In this document: positions 26,702 to 36,262 of the stretch, in pieces
Numbering within the stretch: position 1 is the stretch's first letter
Layout: every line of letters starts with the position of its first letter
Virus record (IMG/VR): IMGVR_UViG_3300049143_000040
Location: 1 to 44,036 of that record
DNA from: a virus
Taxonomy: Duplodnaviria; Caudoviricetes
DNA: 44,036 nt
Direction: 5' to 3' (one strand)
The notes under the pieces: generated by a model
Databases searched by the model: none
Told to the model about the DNA's origin: nothing
What the model saw: the letters and a program-made list of their open reading frames with translations, nothing else
Made by a program: the position numbers and the translations under genes

Positions 26702-28087
26702 ATGGTAGCAGTGTCATTTCCCAAGTCTTCCACTCCAGGGCTGCGTCCAGGGGAGGGAGAAGGAAGATTGGTGAACGCCTATGTCGAGCAGGCAGGCGAT
26801 GCGATCTATATTCGCCGCACGGCTGGGCTTGTGGCATTTGCCAGCACTGGCCAGACCAACACACGCGCCCTTCTTGACGTGAATGGAGCGATTGTTCAGG
26901 TCGCGAATAATGCCGTAATCGTCATCCCGGCAGGCTCCACCACTGCTACCTGGCTTGGTCCGCTGACCGGGTCCGATGGCGTAATGATCGCCCGAAACAA
27001 TCGGGTGACAAGCGGTGTCTCAACTCCCGATATCGTGGCGGTGCGGGAGAGCGGAGGCGCAAACCTCATTTCAACAACAAGCGGCGTCTTTGCTTATCCG
27101 GACGCGGATCTCCCGGCTACAGCCAACAGCGTTGACTTTCTAGACGGCTTCTTCGTCTTCACGGTTAAGGATGGCCGGATTTTCGCCTCGCAATTGAACG
27201 ATACGGCAACTGAGGCCCTGTCCTTTGCGTCTGCCGAGGCCAAGCCTGATGGGCTGGTCCGGGGCTTTGTCTTTTCTGGACGCTATTACGCCTGCGGTAC
27301 AGAGACGATCGAGGTATGGAAGAACAACGGCGGACAGCCTTTCCCGCTGATCCGCTTCCCATCAGTCATCCCGGTTGGCCTTCTCACGGCAATGGCGGTG
27401 GCTGGCTTTGAAACCGGATGGGATCGAGAACCGTATTTCGTCGCGCATGACGGCACGGTGCGGGCGCTCCAGGGGTTCGACGTTCCGAAAGTCTCCACGC
27501 CCGACGTCGAAGCCTTTATCGCTAAATCCACCGTCTCGACCCTTGAGGCCTGCGTCTACACGGCCAAGGGCAATGCGTTCTGGTCGCTCTCGTCGGATCA
27601 AGGGACCTGGGAACTGAATGTCACGACGGGCCTATGGCACGAGCGCCAGAGTGAAGGCCTGAACCGGTGGCGCGGCTCGCGTTCGATCAAGAGCAATGGC
27701 AAATGGATCGTGGGTGACGAACTCTCCACGAACCTCCTGATTGTCTCGGACACCCTCCGCACGGAACTCGGGCAGCCTGTTGCCTGGACGATCGAGAGCG
27801 CACCCTTGAAGGACTACCCGTCTCGCGTGGCTATTCCTGGCGTTTTCGGCGACTTCACGCAGGCAGATGGCGTTCTGGTTGAAGTGTCATGGTCGCATAA
27901 CGGCGGCACGAGCTGGGCCACGCCTATCCCGCGCACGCTCGACGGCGCAGACCGCCATCCCGTGCGCGTCAACCGTATTGGTCTTTCGACGCAGCACGGC
28001 CTCCGAGTGCGCTATTCCTCGTCCTCTGAGGGCGATTTCTCCTTCATGGGCGCTTCGGTGCCTGATCCGCAGGTAAGAGCCGCCTAA
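26702..28087 (+). CDS. packaged-DNA stabilisation / tail hub protein (P22 gp10-like)
   Basis: 461 aa; LVNAY, FLDGFFVF, AEAKPD, GTETIEVW.N.G, WHER. Confidence 0.85.
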   Translation: MVAVSFPKSSTPGLRPGEGEGRLVNAYVEQAGDAIYIRRTAGLVAFASTGQTNTRALLDVNGAIVQVANNAVIVIPAGSTTATWLGPLTGSDGVMIARNNRVTSGVSTPDIVAVRESGGANLISTTSGVFAYPDADLPATANSVDFLDGFFVFTVKDGRIFASQLNDTATEALSFASAEAKPDGLVRGFVFSGRYYACGTETIEVWKNNGGQPFPLIRFPSVIPVGLLTAMAVAGFETGWDREPYFVAHDGTVRALQGFDVPKVSTPDVEAFIAKSTVSTLEACVYTAKGNAFWSLSSDQGTWELNVTTGLWHERQSEGLNRWRGSRSIKSNGKWIVGDELSTNLLIVSDTLRTELGQPVAWTIESAPLKDYPSRVAIPGVFGDFTQADGVLVEVSWSHNGGTSWATPIPRTLDGADRHPVRVNRIGLSTQHGLRVRYSSSSEGDFSFMGASVPDPQVRAA

Positions 28088-29154
28088 TGGCCAAGCCAGA
28101 CATTGATGCGCTGCTGAACACGCAGCCGCCGACGCCTGACCGGGACATTACGCTTGTCAATCAGGATGGGAAGCCCACCTCCTTCTACTTGGATTGGTTT
28201 CTCGCCCAAACTGACTGGATGCGGCAGAATGTTGTCCGAACCGATAAGCGCATCGACACTGTAAAGGCCGAAAGCGATGAGGCCATTGCCGAGTTCAGCG
28301 AGGACATTGAGGCCCTCGTATCGGCAGACGCGGCCATGGTGTCGCAGATCACGACCCTGACAACTACAGTCGGAAACAACACTTCAGCCATTCAGAACGA
28401 AGTCACCGCGAGAGCCAACGGCGACAGTGCCTTGGCTGGCCAGATAACTACGGTCAACGCCAAGGCCAACAACGCGACGGCAAACGGGGAGATCTTCTTT
28501 GCTGCAAAGGCAGCGCCGGGCGGGGCTACGGCGGCCTATGGGCTTTATCTCACTGCCGGCGCCGCCTTCGCTGGCATGGAAATCCTCGCCGACAGCGGCG
28601 GTGGCGGCTCGATTGCCTTCACGGCGAATGATTTCAAGCTGACCGACAGCGGCACCGCCCAGAACGTCTTCAGCTACGGCTTTGACTCGACGGTTGGGAA
28701 GAGCGTCTTCAAATTCAATGTTCCTGTTCAAGTTCAGACGATCGACATTGCCACTGAAGCGGTGACAAAGCCCAGAACGGTAGCGATCAATTCCTCCTCA
28801 ACGGTAGGGAATACGGGCGGCAACTGGGTCAACATCATCAACCATACCGTCCAGGCAGATGGGGGCTCGTACCCCGCCCTTGTGATTGCTGACTTCATGT
28901 ACCGGGTTGTGGCCAACTCAGGCACGAGCGACGGCGATTGGCGGCTTGTCCGCGACCGAAACGGCAATCTTGACAACCTTCGCAGCGGCAGCCTGATCGT
29001 GTTCACCAACTGGTTTCCCGTGCTCACGGCCCGCCTTGTGACCGACGTTCGAGACAATGACGTCTTCCGGCTTCAGGTCAGGGTCGGCGGCGACAGCACC
29101 GCGGCTTTCCAATTCGACGACAAGGCGATCCTTGTCGATCTCCGCAAGCGCTAA
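28087..29154 (+). CDS. tail needle/tip-like protein (gp26 position)
   Basis: Heptad region AIQNEVTARANGDSALAGQITTV followed by a beta-rich C-terminus. Confidence 0.6.
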   Translation: MAKPDIDALLNTQPPTPDRDITLVNQDGKPTSFYLDWFLAQTDWMRQNVVRTDKRIDTVKAESDEAIAEFSEDIEALVSADAAMVSQITTLTTTVGNNTSAIQNEVTARANGDSALAGQITTVNAKANNATANGEIFFAAKAAPGGATAAYGLYLTAGAAFAGMEILADSGGGGSIAFTANDFKLTDSGTAQNVFSYGFDSTVGKSVFKFNVPVQVQTIDIATEAVTKPRTVAINSSSTVGNTGGNWVNIINHTVQADGGSYPALVIADFMYRVVANSGTSDGDWRLVRDRNGNLDNLRSGSLIVFTNWFPVLTARLVTDVRDNDVFRLQVRVGGDSTAAFQFDDKAILVDLRKR

Positions 29155-29177
29155 TCCATTCACACGAGGAGGCTTCT

Positions 29178-29927
29178 GTGGCTTCACCAATGTCAGGATC
29201 TTCGGGACGCAAGGCTGCCGTCGCGGTCATGGACTACCTGAACAATGCCCAGGACGAGTCCGATCTTCGCACCCTGAAGAGCACCCGCAATGCCATCTCT
29301 GCGCTGCGGAGCGGCTATACGTCGGCGAAGTCGCACTATGGCGACGCCAAGGATCTGTTCAACCCGTATGCCGAGGCGGGTCTTGAGGCTCTCGGCGGCT
29401 ACACCGACGCCATCGGCATGAACGGGGCAGAAGGGAACGACCGTGCCGTCGCCAGTTTTCGCGCTGGCCCCGGCTACCAATGGGCGGTGGATCAGGCAAC
29501 CGATGCGGTCGCGCGCAAGCAGGGTGCTATTGGTGCGCTCGGTTCCGGCAACACCATGGCGGCGATTTCCGACCGCGCAGGCCACATGGCCGATCAGGAA
29601 TACGACGATTATCTCGACCGGCTCAATGGTGTCGTGGGTCTCGGCTACAACGCCACGACCGCGCAGGCTGGCATTGAGAAGGGTATCGGCGACCTCGGCA
29701 TGACCTACGGGGCGGGCAAGGCGGCCATTCACGGCGACCGCATGCGCCTCGATGCGTCCACGGCAGCCAACACGGCGGGACAGTATGCGAGTGCCCTTCA
29801 GGGCGGCATGATGGCAGGCGAGAACGCCGCGGCGAACCGCTGGGGCCTGGGGATGAACCTGTTGAGCGGGGGCGCAAGCTTCCTCGGCGGCGGCGGTTTG
29901 GGTCAAATCAAGAAACTCTTCGCATAA
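29178..29927 (+). CDS. DNA ejection protein (gp7-like)
   Basis: PY..AG..AL, PGYQW...Q, SGNT..A; Gly/Ala-rich. Confidence 0.75.
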   Translation: MASPMSGSSGRKAAVAVMDYLNNAQDESDLRTLKSTRNAISALRSGYTSAKSHYGDAKDLFNPYAEAGLEALGGYTDAIGMNGAEGNDRAVASFRAGPGYQWAVDQATDAVARKQGAIGALGSGNTMAAISDRAGHMADQEYDDYLDRLNGVVGLGYNATTAQAGIEKGIGDLGMTYGAGKAAIHGDRMRLDASTAANTAGQYASALQGGMMAGENAAANRWGLGMNLLSGGASFLGGGGLGQIKKLFA

Positions 29928-29940
29928 GGGAGCCTGAGAC

Positions 29941-31773
29941 ATGGCATCTTACGGGCCGCCCATTTTAGATTTCTCGCCCATCGGCAATCTCGGCAACACC
30001 TTTCTCAAGGCTCGCCGGGATGCGGATGAGCAAGAGCAAAAGCAGGCAATTCGGCAGACGCTGGCGAGCCTTGGCGAGGGCAACGCCGATTACGATACGA
30101 TCGGCAAAAAGCTCCTGTCGCTCGGCGAGCTCTCGGGCGGCCTCGGCTTCATGAAGCTGGGACAGGAAGAGAAGCTGCGGGGCGCGCAAAGTGCAGCGGA
30201 TCGCGAGGCCTACAGGCTTCTCGGTGGTGGTTCTGTCGGCGCTGATCCAACATACGCCCCGTCTGCTGGCACCCCGCGCGCCAACATCGAAGGCACGGTT
30301 CACGTCGCTGAGACCGAAGATGACGTTCAGCGTCTCGAGCGCGCTACCGGGATGAACGTCGAGCCGGATCTCGATAAAGTAGTCCGTACGGTTTACGGCG
30401 AGGCGGGTAATCAAGGCGTGATTGGGCAAACGGCTGTTGCCAACGTCATTGCCAACCGGGCGCAACAGTCAGGAATGACACCCTCGGACGTGGTTCTCGC
30501 CAAGGGGCAGTTCGAGCCGTGGTCGGATCCGGAGGCGCGCGCCCGCATGGAAGCGCTCGACCCGAGCTCGCCTGAGTATCAGCAGCTTGCCAGCATTGCG
30601 CGGAACGCTCTCACAGGCCAGGGCGCGGACCCGACAGGCGGGGCAACCCATTTCTACGCTCCGAAGGCACAGGCCGCCCTTGGCCGCAACGCTCCCGGCT
30701 GGGACAACGGCACCGGTCGCGATATCGGCGATCATCGGTTTTTCAGTCTCGGATATGGCCCGCAGGGACGGGTTCAGGTGGCGCAGGCTGACGTTCCGGC
30801 TGCGGGCGCTCGCGAGGCACAAGGCTTTGTCGTGCCAGGCTCCGAGGGCGCGCCTCGCAACCAGCGCATTGCCAACCTCGAAAGAGCGTTGACGAGCCCG
30901 AACCTCTCCGACAATGCGCGACGGGCTCTGCAATCACGGCTCGATCGGGAATACAAGCTTCTGGACGAGGCCGGAAAGAAGACCGAGCTCCAGCGCAACT
31001 ATGAGGCGGCCAGAGAGCAAGGCTTTGAGGGATCGATCGTTGATTACCAACTTGCGATCCGGAAGGCGGGGGCCACTACCGTCAACAATAATGTTGGTGG
31101 CGATGCGATCGAGCCAGAGTTCAACAAGGAGACCGGCAAGTCAGTTGCGAAGCGGTTGGACGCCATAGCTCAAGAAGGCGACACGGCCCGCTCTGATCTC
31201 GCCATGGTCGATCAGCTCCGCAGCGTCGGCGGGGCCATCAACTTCAACACGATGCCAGCCCTTCGCGGCCAGCTCGCTGAGTATGGCATCAAGATCGGCA
31301 ATGACGTCGGCGAGATCCAGGCTTATAATTCCATCGTTGACAAGCTGACGCCTCAGCAGCGCGTACCGGGAACGGGCGCTTCGTCTGACCTTGATGTGCG
31401 GATGTTCAAGAACTCCCTCCCGCGTCTCATCAATACGCCGGAGGGCAATGCTCTCATCATGGACACGATGCAGGCCATGGGCGAAGACAAAATCGCTCGG
31501 GCAGCCATTGCTGAGCGGGCTCAGACGGGCGAGCTAACCCCAGCGCAGGCCATCAAAGAGCTTCGCGCTCTGCCGTCGCCTCTGGCGGCATTCAAAGAGC
31601 GGGTCAAGACGCTTGGGCAGGGAACAGCGGAGCCCAGACAGTCGGCGCCCCCTGCTGAGAAGCCCGCACCACAGGCCCCAGCCCCCGTCCAAGGCGCACG
31701 CCAGGCCGCTGATGGGAACTGGTACGTTCCTGATCCGAACCGCCCCGGCAAATACCTTCAGGTGCAACAGTAA
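29941..31773 (+). CDS. DNA ejection protein with a cell-wall hydrolase (Hydrolase_2/SleB) domain
   Basis: TVYGEA..Q...GQ.AVANVI.NR...QFEPW...DPTGGATHFY...IGDHRF. Confidence 0.85.
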   Translation: MASYGPPILDFSPIGNLGNTFLKARRDADEQEQKQAIRQTLASLGEGNADYDTIGKKLLSLGELSGGLGFMKLGQEEKLRGAQSAADREAYRLLGGGSVGADPTYAPSAGTPRANIEGTVHVAETEDDVQRLERATGMNVEPDLDKVVRTVYGEAGNQGVIGQTAVANVIANRAQQSGMTPSDVVLAKGQFEPWSDPEARARMEALDPSSPEYQQLASIARNALTGQGADPTGGATHFYAPKAQAALGRNAPGWDNGTGRDIGDHRFFSLGYGPQGRVQVAQADVPAAGAREAQGFVVPGSEGAPRNQRIANLERALTSPNLSDNARRALQSRLDREYKLLDEAGKKTELQRNYEAAREQGFEGSIVDYQLAIRKAGATTVNNNVGGDAIEPEFNKETGKSVAKRLDAIAQEGDTARSDLAMVDQLRSVGGAINFNTMPALRGQLAEYGIKIGNDVGEIQAYNSIVDKLTPQQRVPGTGASSDLDVRMFKNSLPRLINTPEGNALIMDTMQAMGEDKIARAAIAERAQTGELTPAQAIKELRALPSPLAAFKERVKTLGQGTAEPRQSAPPAEKPAPQAPAPVQGARQAADGNWYVPDPNRPGKYLQVQQ

Positions 31774-33809
31774 TGGCAGGCCCAACCTTCAAGCCGGTAG
31801 ACTTCGACCCGTTCGCGGCTCCGGCTCCGAGTTCGAAGCAGCCGACCTTCATCCCTGTGGATCATGATCCGTTTGCAGAGGCAAAGCCTTCTGTCGTCGA
31901 GGACGTGGCAAAATCGGCAGGCGCAGGCTTGCTGGAAGGTGGCATGCAGATGTCAGGCGCACCGGCCATGGTTCTGCGGAATGCTGTCAAGGCAGGCGCC
32001 GCAATTGCCGATAAGGCACGACAGGCTGTTGGTCTCTCTCCAATCCCGCAAGAGACGTTCGATGAACTCGATAAGCCTTGGCCCGGCGAGCCTGAGTTCA
32101 ATAAGCCAGTCGTTCAGCAGGTCGTCGACCCCTTTCATAAGCCCCAGACCACTGCGGGCGAGTACGCCAAGACTGTCGGCGAGTTCACGGCAAGCGCCCC
32201 TCTCGTCCCAGGCGGGGTAGTGGCTAAGACATTGCAGACGGTCGGGCCCGCTCTGGTCACGGAATTCGCGGGGCAGAAAGCTCGCGAAATAGCCCCTGAA
32301 CTGGAACCTTACGTGCGGACGGGGGCGGCGGTAATCTCAGGCGGCGCGGCGGCCTTTACACCGCGCTCTGCGCCGAAGGCTGTTGCCGCTTCCCACCTGA
32401 GCCAAGTGACGGATGATGCCGTACTTGCGGCTGGGAGGCTGATGGAAGAGGCACAGGCTCGTGGCATCGGTCTGACGTGGCCCGAGGCCATCGCTCAAGT
32501 GTCCGACAATGCCACGAGCCTTACGACCCTTCAGCGGTTTGTGGAGGCCTCAGAGGCGGGCGGAGAAGTTATGCGGGGCTTCATGGCGCGCCGTCCGAGC
32601 CAGGTTGAAGAGGCCGGCCGATCTGCCTTCAGTGAGATTGCCCCGCCGATCAACAATCCATCGGCAATCGGGCCTGAGATCGGACGGGCAGCTCAAGGCA
32701 CGGTCGACGAGGTGCAGGGTGCCATCAACACAGCAACCCGCCCGGCTTATCAAGCGGCTGAGGGGGCTCTCGTCGAGCCTCAGGCCTTCGCTCGGTTGGT
32801 TCAAGATCCGCTATTCGCGCAGACGCTGCGGGAAGTGCGCTCAGATCCGTCACTCAGCCGCACCATTGCCAACCTGCCGGATGAGGCAGTAGGAACCGTG
32901 GATCTTGTGCAGCGGCGGATGCGCGAGGCGGCGGACAATGCAAGCCTCCCGGGCCAGGCTAGCACAAGCAATCTCCGAGCGGCCAACTTTGAGAACGCCC
33001 GCAACCCAGCGATTGAGGCGGCAGAGGCGGCGACAGGTGGTCCTACGGGCTCCTATGCCACTGCGCGCGCCGCTCAACAGGAACTCCGCTCAAAGTACCT
33101 TCAGCCCATCATGGACGGCCCGCTCGGGCGCTTGGCTCAGAAGGATCTGACCACGAAGAACGCTATTGATGCTCTATTTCCGAGCAACCCGCTCCCAGGC
33201 GGAGCGCAGGAGGCCGGGGCGGCAGTCACGGCGCTCGCGAAGAAGAACCGTTCGGCTGCTGAACGCCTTGTACGCGCCCATGCCGAGAGCGTCTTCAACG
33301 AGGCCACGCAAAGGCTTCAGACGGGCGCCAATGAGTTCGGCGGGGCCAAGTTCGCTGCGCAGCTGGTCGGCAATGCTGAGCAGGGCGCGGCGCTCGAGGC
33401 GGCTATCCGCGCCCTGCCTGATGGCGGGGCGCGTTGGGACGGCTTCAACAAATTCCTTAACGTGCTCGAAGCGACTGGCAAGCGGCAGCGTCAGGGCTCG
33501 CCCACCGCGTCGAACCTTCAGATTGAGGAAAGCATGCGCTCAGGCGGGAAGGTCGGGGAAATCTCGTCGCTCGCCTCAGGTGGCTTCCTGAAGCTTCCTG
33601 AGCGACTGAAGCAGGCCTATGAGCGCTATCGGCTGGGGCAGGGGACGGCTGAACTGGCGAAACTATTTACTGACCCTGCGGCCTTGCCCGTATTCCGGCA
33701 GCTTGCCCGAGAAGGCGCGGGGTCCTCAAAAGCGCAGGCTCTTTCCGCGCGCCTTATCGCGATCGGAGGAGCCGAAGCGGGTCGAGGCACCTCGGTACAG
33801 TCGCAGTAG
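31773..33809 (+). CDS. large DNA ejection protein (gp16 position)
   Basis: 678 aa, Ala-rich, N-terminal PVDFDPF/PVDHDPF repeats. Confidence 0.75.
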   Translation: MAGPTFKPVDFDPFAAPAPSSKQPTFIPVDHDPFAEAKPSVVEDVAKSAGAGLLEGGMQMSGAPAMVLRNAVKAGAAIADKARQAVGLSPIPQETFDELDKPWPGEPEFNKPVVQQVVDPFHKPQTTAGEYAKTVGEFTASAPLVPGGVVAKTLQTVGPALVTEFAGQKAREIAPELEPYVRTGAAVISGGAAAFTPRSAPKAVAASHLSQVTDDAVLAAGRLMEEAQARGIGLTWPEAIAQVSDNATSLTTLQRFVEASEAGGEVMRGFMARRPSQVEEAGRSAFSEIAPPINNPSAIGPEIGRAAQGTVDEVQGAINTATRPAYQAAEGALVEPQAFARLVQDPLFAQTLREVRSDPSLSRTIANLPDEAVGTVDLVQRRMREAADNASLPGQASTSNLRAANFENARNPAIEAAEAATGGPTGSYATARAAQQELRSKYLQPIMDGPLGRLAQKDLTTKNAIDALFPSNPLPGGAQEAGAAVTALAKKNRSAAERLVRAHAESVFNEATQRLQTGANEFGGAKFAAQLVGNAEQGAALEAAIRALPDGGARWDGFNKFLNVLEATGKRQRQGSPTASNLQIEESMRSGGKVGEISSLASGGFLKLPERLKQAYERYRLGQGTAELAKLFTDPAALPVFRQLAREGAGSSKAQALSARLIAIGGAEAGRGTSVQSQ

Positions 33810-33974
33810 GGCGTAGATCAGGAACGAGGTGATAAGAGCAAAGGCGAAGCCAAGGAACGGCGCTGCCAGACCATTGCCCTTTGCATCAAAATAGCCGTTC
33901 TGAACAAGCCATATCCCGCCCATCGTTCCCACGAAGAACAGGGCGAAGAAAAGCAGTTTGGGCATCCGACTCAT
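33726..33974 (-). CDS. two-TM membrane protein (SieA position)
   Basis: Two hydrophobic helices; convergent with and overlapping the end of the ejection gene. Confidence 0.6.
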   Translation of the reverse strand: MSRMPKLLFFALFFVGTMGGIWLVQNGYFDAKGNGLAAPFLGFAFALITSFLIYALLRLYRGASTRFGSSDRDKARGKSLRF

Positions 33975-34014
33975 ACAGAGAATATGCCTATGAGCCGGGG
34001 AGGGTGCAATGGGG

Positions 34015-34428
34015 CTATGGAGCGAAGTACTTGAGCAGGCCGGCAGCGGCGAAGATGGCGACGACAAAAGCCAGAAGCTGCATGGTGCTTGGGAGGGAGT
34101 TCACCCGCCCCTTCACCTCGGCTAGGTCAGCAGCGGATGCCTTGTGCTTAAGCTCGGCTTCTATGGAGGCCAACCGGGAGTCATTAGTCCGACGAAAATC
34201 GGTTACGCTCTCGATGAGCTTATCCAGCTTGCCATCGATCTTCTTGAAGTTGTCTTCCAGGGCTGTGACGCGTGCTTCCATAGGGTCAAATGTGCTCCCG
34301 CCACCGCCTCCTGACAAGGAGGGGCCTTCAGATTGAGGGTACTCGCCGCGGCTTCGGACAGGTGAACTCATATAGTGAACGTTCCCGTTGGGGTCGTCGG
34401 TTCCTGTGGGGTGAGGGGCGGGGCTCAT
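34015..34428 (-). CDS. coiled-coil protein with C-terminal TM anchor
   Basis: GGGGG..MEARVTALE...LAFVVAIFAAAGLL; ATGA-coupled to the Arc-like repressor. Confidence 0.7.
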   Translation of the reverse strand: MSPAPHPTGTDDPNGNVHYMSSPVRSRGEYPQSEGPSLSGGGGGSTFDPMEARVTALEDNFKKIDGKLDKLIESVTDFRRTNDSRLASIEAELKHKASAADLAEVKGRVNSLPSTMQLLAFVVAIFAAAGLLKYFAP

Positions 34429-34748
34429 TTCGCCGGGATTTTTCTGACAATGTTCTCGGGAATAAGTTCAATAGTCCCATGCTCATCAAGATACTGAAGT
34501 ACTTCCTGAAGTAGAGATGCTTGCCGGAGAGCCTCTTTTAGGCTGAGTCGGTATTTCTTGTCCGGTGTTATACTACGTTTTTCATCAACGATCTCGTCCA
34601 CTACCATCGTTCGCTGAAGCCGATCTACAATCTCTGCGTTCAAAGACCGCTTATTTTTCTTGGCAGCCTCTTTCAGATACTCCCGCATCCCATCCGGGAG
34701 ACGAAGAATATACTTATCTTGGAATTTGGCTGGGGTGTCTTCACTCAT
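34425..34748 (-). CDS. Arc/Mnt-family RHH repressor (Mnt-like)
   Basis: DKYILRLPDGMREYLKEAAKKNKRSLNAEIVDRL plus C-terminal extension. Confidence 0.9.
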   Translation of the reverse strand: MSEDTPAKFQDKYILRLPDGMREYLKEAAKKNKRSLNAEIVDRLQRTMVVDEIVDEKRSITPDKKYRLSLKEALRQASLLQEVLQYLDEHGTIELIPENIVRKIPAK

Positions 34749-34760
34749 CCGACCACCATA

Positions 34761-34858
34761 ATGGCACGGTGCCAGAAAATAAATCCATGGCACCGTGCTA
34801 TAAGTTATTGACGCTCGTATGGCACCGTGCCATATATTTGCACATGGCACGGTGCCAT
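34761..34858. promoter_or_regulatory. four 15-bp palindromic operators and a rightward promoter
   Basis: ATGGCAC(G/C)GTGCCAT-type sites at 34761, 34787, 34819, 34844; TTGACG (34808)-17-CATATA. Confidence 0.9.
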
Positions 34859-34869
34859 GAGGTAACGAG

Positions 34870-35097
34870 ATGAGGCAAGCAGCACCTAGCAGAGAGCTAG
34901 ACAAAGTTATTGTGAGACTCCCGAACGGAATGCGACCGGCGCTAGCAGCACAGGCTGCAGCGAACCATCGATCAGTGAACGGCGAGATAGTCTACATCCT
35001 CGAACGCGCTTTGCGTGCGGGGAAGAACGACGGCAGGGCTGAGTTTCCAAGCCAACCCCTGCCGTCGTCGCAAAACCAGCCTGTTTCAGCAGGCTGA
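34870..35097 (+). CDS. Arc-family RHH repressor
   Basis: DKVIVRLPNGMRPALAAQAAANHRSVNGEIVYILE. Confidence 0.88.
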   Translation: MRQAAPSRELDKVIVRLPNGMRPALAAQAAANHRSVNGEIVYILERALRAGKNDGRAEFPSQPLPSSQNQPVSAG

Positions 35098-35133
35098 CCG
35101 TCAACCCTGGTAATGAAGGTACCAAGATGACTT
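35022..35133 (-). ncRNA. predicted sar-like antisense RNA over the antirepressor RBS
   Basis: Minus-strand TTGGAC (35168-35163)-17-TATATG (35145-35140); 12-bp stem 35027-35068 followed by TCTT. Confidence 0.5.
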
Positions 35134-35948
35134 CTCAGACATATAATTCAGTTCTCAGCGCCGTCCAAGGCGCTTTGCAAGATCCGCCCATTGACGCGAG
35201 CCGCCAGCCAGTTGTGTTCATCCGAGGAGGCGAGATTTTCGCCAGCAGTCGTGATGTTGCCCTAGGCTTTGACAAAGGCCATCGTCACGTTCTCGAAGCC
35301 ATTGATAATCTTATCAAACAGGAGCCGGACCTGGGTCTGCGGAATTTTCGGCAGACCCCCTATGTCGAGCCTCAGAACGGACAGACCTATCGTTCGTTCG
35401 ATATGGATCGTGATGGCTTCACTCTTCTTGCCATGGGCTTCACCGGGACCAAAGCGCTGAAATGGAAACTCAAGTACATTGCCGCGTTCAATGCGATGGA
35501 AGCAGAGCTGCGTAGGCGGTCATCCGGTCCCATGGTCCCACAGACTCTCTCCGAAGCACTGCGTCTTGCGGCTGACCAGGCAGAGGAAATTGAGCGTCAG
35601 GCAAACGAGATTAAAGCGTTTGCTCCCAAGGTTGCTGCTCATGCCCGCCTCGCTGAAGCTTTCGGGTCTATGTGCATCACAGACGCAGCGAAGACGCTCC
35701 AGATCAATCCGCAGGTCCTCTTTCGATGGCTGAGAGCTAACTCTTGGATCTACAAGCGGATCGGTTCGACCGAGGATGTGGCCTACCAGGACAAGATTAA
35801 GGCTGGGTACCTCGAACACAAGGCCACGCCAGTACCGCGTCCGGATGGCACTGAGAAGGTCGTAACGAGAGTTCGCGTGACGCCGAAGGGCCTCGCTAAG
35901 CTCGCAGAGATCTTCAACGCCTCTGTTCCGCAAGGGGAGGTGCACTGA
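35127..35948 (+). CDS. antirepressor: Rha domain + ANT/KilAC domain
   Basis: SSRDVA..FDK.H..VL..I, MDRDGFTLLAMGFTG.KA..WKLKYI.AFN.ME; PQTLSEALRLAAD..PKV..VTPKGL. Confidence 0.9.
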   Translation: MTSQTYNSVLSAVQGALQDPPIDASRQPVVFIRGGEIFASSRDVALGFDKGHRHVLEAIDNLIKQEPDLGLRNFRQTPYVEPQNGQTYRSFDMDRDGFTLLAMGFTGTKALKWKLKYIAAFNAMEAELRRRSSGPMVPQTLSEALRLAADQAEEIERQANEIKAFAPKVAAHARLAEAFGSMCITDAAKTLQINPQVLFRWLRANSWIYKRIGSTEDVAYQDKIKAGYLEHKATPVPRPDGTEKVVTRVRVTPKGLAKLAEIFNASVPQGEVH

Positions 35949-36172
35949 TGGACTCGGAGCGTTTCGGTGAACTGATCGGGGAGATGGCCTACGCCTTAGT
36001 AAAGGCAGCTTCACCCGAAGAGGCGGATGAGATGCAGCGTCGATGGACTGAGGCTGGAGAACTCTTCCCCCTGGCGGTCATGATGACAAGCAATGTCGTT
36101 CAAGCAGTCACGCCGCTGCAGGTCAGACTGGCTGAGATCATCGATGAGGCTGCCTCTAGGCGCCCGTCCTAA
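35948..36172 (+). CDS. small hypothetical protein
   Basis: TGATG coupling; GGGGAGG RBS. Confidence 0.6.
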   Translation: MDSERFGELIGEMAYALVKAASPEEADEMQRRWTEAGELFPLAVMMTSNVVQAVTPLQVRLAEIIDEAASRRPS

Positions 36173-36177
36173 CCCGC

Positions 36178-36262
36178 TAAACAAAGCGGCCCTCGAAGAT
36201 GGCTGTCACACCTTCGAGGGCCTAAGCCTCAACGAAATTATAGGGAATGCCGCCGATGGCTT
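36178..36262 (-). ncRNA. second predicted antisense RNA
   Basis: Minus-strand TTCAAA (36297-36292)-17-TAGCTT; 11-bp stem 36188-36222 followed by GCTTTGTTT. Confidence 0.5.
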
